Shown: piece after piece, positions 60,133 to 64,000 of the stretch
Numbering within the stretch: the first letter of the stretch is position 1
Layout: every line of letters starts with the position of its first letter
Assembly: GCA_963842815.1 (NCBI GenBank)
Contig: CAWJHU010000003.1
Location: forward strand, 27,683-91,682
Source: Candidatus Nomurabacteria bacterium
Lineage (GTDB): Bacteria > Patescibacteriota > Minisyncoccia > Phycocordibacterales > UBA9973
Reading direction: 5' to 3'
DNA: 64,000 bases
Made by a program: the position numbers and the translations under genes
The notes under the pieces: generated by a model
The model's database searches: none
Told to the model about the DNA's origin: nothing
What the model saw: only the letters and a program-made list of their open reading frames with translations

Positions 60133-60678
60133 TTATTGCTTTCCAAATTTTTTAATTGCAATCCAGAATAAAGTCACAAGGGCAATAGCCAAGATTAAAA
60201 CTTTAACCCAATTGTCCGCATCAGACCAATAACGCATTGAGGCGATAATGAGAGAAAGCACTCCTCCCCAGGATAAGCCCAGAGAAACTATTTCATTTAC
60301 AACAAAAGCTCCAACCAGCAGAAAAATGGCTCCAAGAACCACCAAAATTATAAAAATATTTCTGTTGTAAATTTCCCGTGCCTGGTCAAATTCCTGTTGT
60401 TTTGTAAAATTCGGATTGCAAAAACTTTTAATATCCGGGGTGCTGGCCGGAGCCGGGTTGGTTTGGGGATAGACTGCGCTGCCTTCATTCCATTGTCCGC
60501 CAACTTTCAAGCATTCTTCCTTGGTATTTATTTGTTGCACTACCTGCGGTTGCGCAAAAAAAACATCGTAGTTCGGTTCTTTATAAAAAAGAGAAATTGC
60601 ATAATTAAAAAACAAATTCAATACGATTACAATACCTATAATAAGGGCCCATTTTAAAACTTTTGGTTTTGTTTCCAT
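60133..60678 (-). CDS. Hypothetical membrane protein
   Basis: Four TM segments and a loop containing CLKVGGQW. Confidence 0.8.
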   Translation of the reverse strand: METKPKVLKWALIIGIVIVLNLFFNYAISLFYKEPNYDVFFAQPQVVQQINTKEECLKVGGQWNEGSAVYPQTNPAPASTPDIKSFCNPNFTKQQEFDQAREIYNRNIFIILVVLGAIFLLVGAFVVNEIVSLGLSWGGVLSLIIASMRYWSDADNWVKVLILAIALVTLFWIAIKKFGKQ

Positions 60679-60746
60679 ATTGGAATATTGTAGCAAAAAG
60701 AAGACAAAAAATAAAACGCTGGTTGTGTTTCAACCAGCGTTCAAGA

Positions 60747-61556
60747 TTAACGAAAAACACTCAAAAATTTTATTGGATCTACGCTGAAACTGCCCACGCG
60801 TACCTCCCAGTGTAGATGCGGAGCATCTGAATTGCCAGTTGACCCAGAGTATCCTATCACTTGTCCTGCATTAACCATATCTCCGGTTTTTACTAAAACC
60901 TCCGATAGATGGAGGTAAAAAAAACGAATATTTCCACCGACATCAATAACAATCGTTACTCCGTTTGCCGGCAAGGTATCCTGTTCCGCCCAAACAACTT
61001 TTCCATACGCCACCGAAAAAACTTTAGTGCAGGGTGCTGCACGCAGATCGCTTCCCTTGTGTAAATTTATCCTATTGGTATAAATTCTTTTTTTACCAAA
61101 GGGGCTAGTAACAACCATCTGGGAAAGCGGATCCGTAAGCATCTCAATGTGAGCATACCTTTCCTCTGAAGGATATGAGATTAACTTTTCATATCTCTTC
61201 CATAATTTTTTAGCAACAGTATCATTAGGGGAAGTTTTGTTTTTATACCCACTTTTGTAATATTTCGAAGGAAATATAACTTTTTCTACTTTTACTTGAA
61301 ACGAACCAATCGTTTTATTTCCTAAATAGAATTTCAGTGTGTAATTACCCTTCTTCATACCTAAATCAACCGAGACTAAAACAAACACAGAATCATGCCT
61401 TAAAACCATCGGCATATCAAAAGTATTTAATTTTGCGTTCAGATTTAAATCTTTAAAATTTTCTACAGTAATGGGTACCAATACTGACTCACCTTGTGGC
61501 ACCACAATAATTTCCCTGTTGGGGAATAAACCAAAGAACAAAATTAGAAAAAACAT
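60747..61556 (-). CDS. M23-family metallopeptidase (cassette 12)
   Basis: HKGSD, YLHL, PHLHWE; GGAGG SD; terminator 60706-60741. Confidence 0.9.
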   Translation of the reverse strand: MFFLILFFGLFPNREIIVVPQGESVLVPITVENFKDLNLNAKLNTFDMPMVLRHDSVFVLVSVDLGMKKGNYTLKFYLGNKTIGSFQVKVEKVIFPSKYYKSGYKNKTSPNDTVAKKLWKRYEKLISYPSEERYAHIEMLTDPLSQMVVTSPFGKKRIYTNRINLHKGSDLRAAPCTKVFSVAYGKVVWAEQDTLPANGVTIVIDVGGNIRFFYLHLSEVLVKTGDMVNAGQVIGYSGSTGNSDAPHLHWEVRVGSFSVDPIKFLSVFR

Positions 61557-61610
61557 ATATCCTCCGATTTTTAGTTTTCAAAAAATTATTTACTTGTATT
61601 ATGACACTTT

Positions 61611-62579
61611 CTACAAGCTATTCCAAATGGCAGTATTGGATAGTGGAATAATCCGGTTGTTTGATTTTTCAGGCAAACAAAGTTCTCCAGAAATAACCTC
61701 GCCTTTGAGGTTTTTCATTGCATCTTCCAAAGCATAACCCAAGGATAATGCAGAAAAATCTACGGCATAGGAATTCAAAATAACAAAAAGCGGTTTATTG
61801 CTCAAAATCTTTCGCACCCCCTTAAGAAGCTTCGGCAAATCTTTTTCTATATTCCAAGTTTCCCCTTTTGGCCCACGGCCGAATTTTGGCGGGTCCATTA
61901 TCACGGCATCATATTTATTTCCTCTTTTTTCTTCGCGTTCAATAAATTTCATAACATCTTCACAGATAATCCGCATTGGCATTTTCTCCAGACCGGAAAT
62001 TTTTTGATTTTCTTTTGCCCATTCGGTGGATGTTTTTGAAGCATCTATGTGTGTGACTTCCGCGCCAGTCCGAAGAGCAAAAAGGCTGGCAATTCCTGTG
62101 TAGCCGAATAAATTTAAAAATTTGATTCTAGGGCCGGAATTTCTTTCAATTTTGAGCTTCCCGAGGGTCCCGCCCCTGTACTCAGGGGAAGGGCACAGGG
62201 ACGAAAAATTGAAAGAAATTCCGGCCCTTATCTTTTCTTCTATAAAATCCCAATGTACCGCTTGTTCCGGGAAAAAACCCAAATGCCTGAAAGGTGTAGG
62301 TAGGGCTAAAAATTTTATGCCTTTATATTCCATTTCCCATTTATCTTCAATTTTCTTGCTCATTTTCCAACCTGCTTTGGCACCAACTTTGGAGCTCCAA
62401 AATTTTCCATCTGCTTTTGCCCACTCTTTGTCTCCTAAAGTTTTCTCCCAAACAGCACTTTCACAAGGACGCACAAAAATATATGGACCAAATCTTTCTA
62501 ATTTTTCCCCTTCGCCGGTATCCAGCAATTCATAGTCTTTCCAGTCTTTTGCACAAAAAATTTTTATTTCGTTTTTCAT
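61611..62579 (-). CDS. SAM-dependent methyltransferase (RlmI/RlmK-like) with an in-frame insertion
   Basis: HLGFFPEQ, LNLFGYTG, DPPKFG. Confidence 0.9.
   Translation of the reverse strand: MKNEIKIFCAKDWKDYELLDTGEGEKLERFGPYIFVRPCESAVWEKTLGDKEWAKADGKFWSSKVGAKAGWKMSKKIEDKWEMEYKGIKFLALPTPFRHLGFFPEQAVHWDFIEEKIRAGISFNFSSLCPSPEYRGGTLGKLKIERNSGPRIKFLNLFGYTGIASLFALRTGAEVTHIDASKTSTEWAKENQKISGLEKMPMRIICEDVMKFIEREEKRGNKYDAVIMDPPKFGRGPKGETWNIEKDLPKLLKGVRKILSNKPLFVILNSYAVDFSALSLGYALEDAMKNLKGEVISGELCLPEKSNNRIIPLSNTAIWNSL
62130..62228. repeat. Intragenic 99-bp palindromic element in the methyltransferase gene
   Basis: Perfect 24-bp terminal IR AGGGCCGGAATTTCTTTCAATTTT. Confidence 0.92.
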
Positions 62580-62581
62580 AA

Positions 62582-63400
62582 TTAAATTAAAAACTCTATT
62601 ACATCCCCATCTTTTACAATGTAATCTTTGCCTTCTGTGCGAACCCATCCTTTTTCTTTTGCTTTTACAAAAGAACCAGCCTCTATGAGTTTTTCATAGG
62701 CCACCACCTCCGCCCGAATGAATTTATCCCGAAAATCGGTATGAATAGATTTACCGGCAATGGGCGCTGTGGCTCCACGAACTGTAGTCCAAGCCCGCGT
62801 TTCGTCTTCTCCGGTGGTAAAAAAAGTAATCAAATTCAGTAAATCATAACCGGCTTGAATAAGTTTATCCAAACCCGTGCCAAAAATCGGGTCCACTTCT
62901 ATATGAGGTCCGGGAAGTTTTGAAATGAAATCTTTTTTCACATTTTCCGCCGCTTCGGAAGTATTCAAAACATAAAGCGTTGGTTTTTTGATTCCCGCCT
63001 GTTCTAATTCAAAATTGATAACTTCTATATCAAAAAGCGGGTCAATTTTATCGTGCACATGAATCATCACTTTATCTTCAAAAATTCGCACCACTTCAAT
63101 GATGGCATCCACTTCCCGAATATGCGAAAGAAATTTATTGCCGAGTCCCGCACCTTCTGAAGCTCCCTTGACCAACCCCGCGATATCCACAAATTCAACC
63201 ACCGCAGGAATAGTTTTTTTAGATTTGGACATCTCCGAAAGTTTTAAGAGTCTGTCATCCGGCACAGGTACGATGCCCACCGATGGGTCAATGGTGCAAA
63301 AAGGATAGTTTTCTGCCGGTACTCCCTTTTTTGTCAGCGCGTTAAAAAGCGTGGATTTCCCCACATTTGGCAGTCCGACAATTCCGATACTTAATGACAT
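62582..63400 (-). CDS. ychF: Redox-regulated ATPase YchF (shortened)
   Basis: GLPNVGKST, NYPFCTI, DIAGLV, TGS domain IHTDF..EGKDY. Confidence 0.95.
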   Translation of the reverse strand: MSLSIGIVGLPNVGKSTLFNALTKKGVPAENYPFCTIDPSVGIVPVPDDRLLKLSEMSKSKKTIPAVVEFVDIAGLVKGASEGAGLGNKFLSHIREVDAIIEVVRIFEDKVMIHVHDKIDPLFDIEVINFELEQAGIKKPTLYVLNTSEAAENVKKDFISKLPGPHIEVDPIFGTGLDKLIQAGYDLLNLITFFTTGEDETRAWTTVRGATAPIAGKSIHTDFRDKFIRAEVVAYEKLIEAGSFVKAKEKGWVRTEGKDYIVKDGDVIEFLI

Positions 63401-63438
63401 AGCAAATTGAATATACCAAAACGAGCTTTAAAAGTCAT

Positions 63439-64000
63439 TTATTTCCCGGATTCTTCCACCTTGCCGATTATTACCTGTTCCGCTGCTTCTATATCTCTCT
63501 TAAATTGATTTATAAATAAACGCTCATCATTGGTAAGAGGTTGCAGGGCTTTAATTTTTTTAAATATTTTCACTTCTTCCCCCACATCCTCATCCAAAAT
63601 ATCAAAACTTTTTGAAACAATATTATGCGTTTCCATTAATTTTTTATGCACATATTTTTTGTAACGCGAAATATTATGCCAACCCCAAATCAGAAGCAAA
63701 ATCAGCAATATTATAAGTCCAACAGTTGGAACAATTATTGAAAACATATTTGTGATATTGGAGAGAAGTGAATTATTTGGCAGAGAAAAAGATTCAAAAG
63801 ATTTTTCTACGGGTGAGACTTGATTATTCCCCGTGCTATTTTGATTGGATGCAAATAGGGGTGTTGGGGGCGCACTTTCCATTTCAGGTGCCGGTGCCAA
63901 TATTGGAACTGGCACTACTGTTTCTTTTAAAGGAGATAAATTGAAATTTGCTTGGCCTATTTTTGAAAGAATATTGGAACCCAGGCCGTCATTGGCTAAT
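63439..64000 (-). CDS. Hypothetical membrane-anchored protein (3' part)
   Basis: Frame appears open toward the window edge; Pro-rich linker then a TM segment. Confidence 0.65.
   Translation of the reverse strand, partial: LANDGLGSNILSKIGQANFNLSPLKETVVPVPILAPAPEMESAPPTPLFASNQNSTGNNQVSPVEKSFESFSLPNNSLLSNITNMFSIIVPTVGLIILLILLLIWGWHNISRYKKYVHKKLMETHNIVSKSFDILDEDVGEEVKIFKKIKALQPLTNDERLFINQFKRDIEAAEQVIIGKVEESGK

Overview
64 kb of AT-rich chromosome from a reduced-genome bacterium using genetic code 11. Gene content and style suggest Patescibacteria/CPR, probably Parcubacteria (inference). It is mostly housekeeping: mreB, priA, the F1Fo ATP synthase operon, prfA, rpmE, rplY, fba, gatB, obgE, mraZ-rsmH-ftsL-ftsI-murF, lysS, greA, ftsA-ftsZ, trxB, tsaD, valS, ldh-glycerate kinase-eno-ppsA, lepA, murJ, leuS, ychF and 8 tRNAs. 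About ten core genes carry small indels that look like sequencing or assembly errors. Three layers of structure are not explained by the gene list. (1) About 12 self-contained cassettes (sigma70 promoter, boxA-like motif, SD-led orphan ORF(s) or no ORF, intrinsic terminator) sit between core genes that themselves look largely leaderless; four are stacked between mraZ and lysS with a HicBA-like module, a 38-bp direct repeat and dif-like sites. (2) Branched palindromic elements of about 100-120 bp lie in frame inside tsaD, leuS and a methyltransferase gene, with one intergenic copy and several shorter palindrome families. (3) Several core proteins are remodelled: PriA with degenerate helicase motifs, LeuRS with a Nudix domain, YchF without its helical domain. 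All calls were made by eye; no database searches were run.
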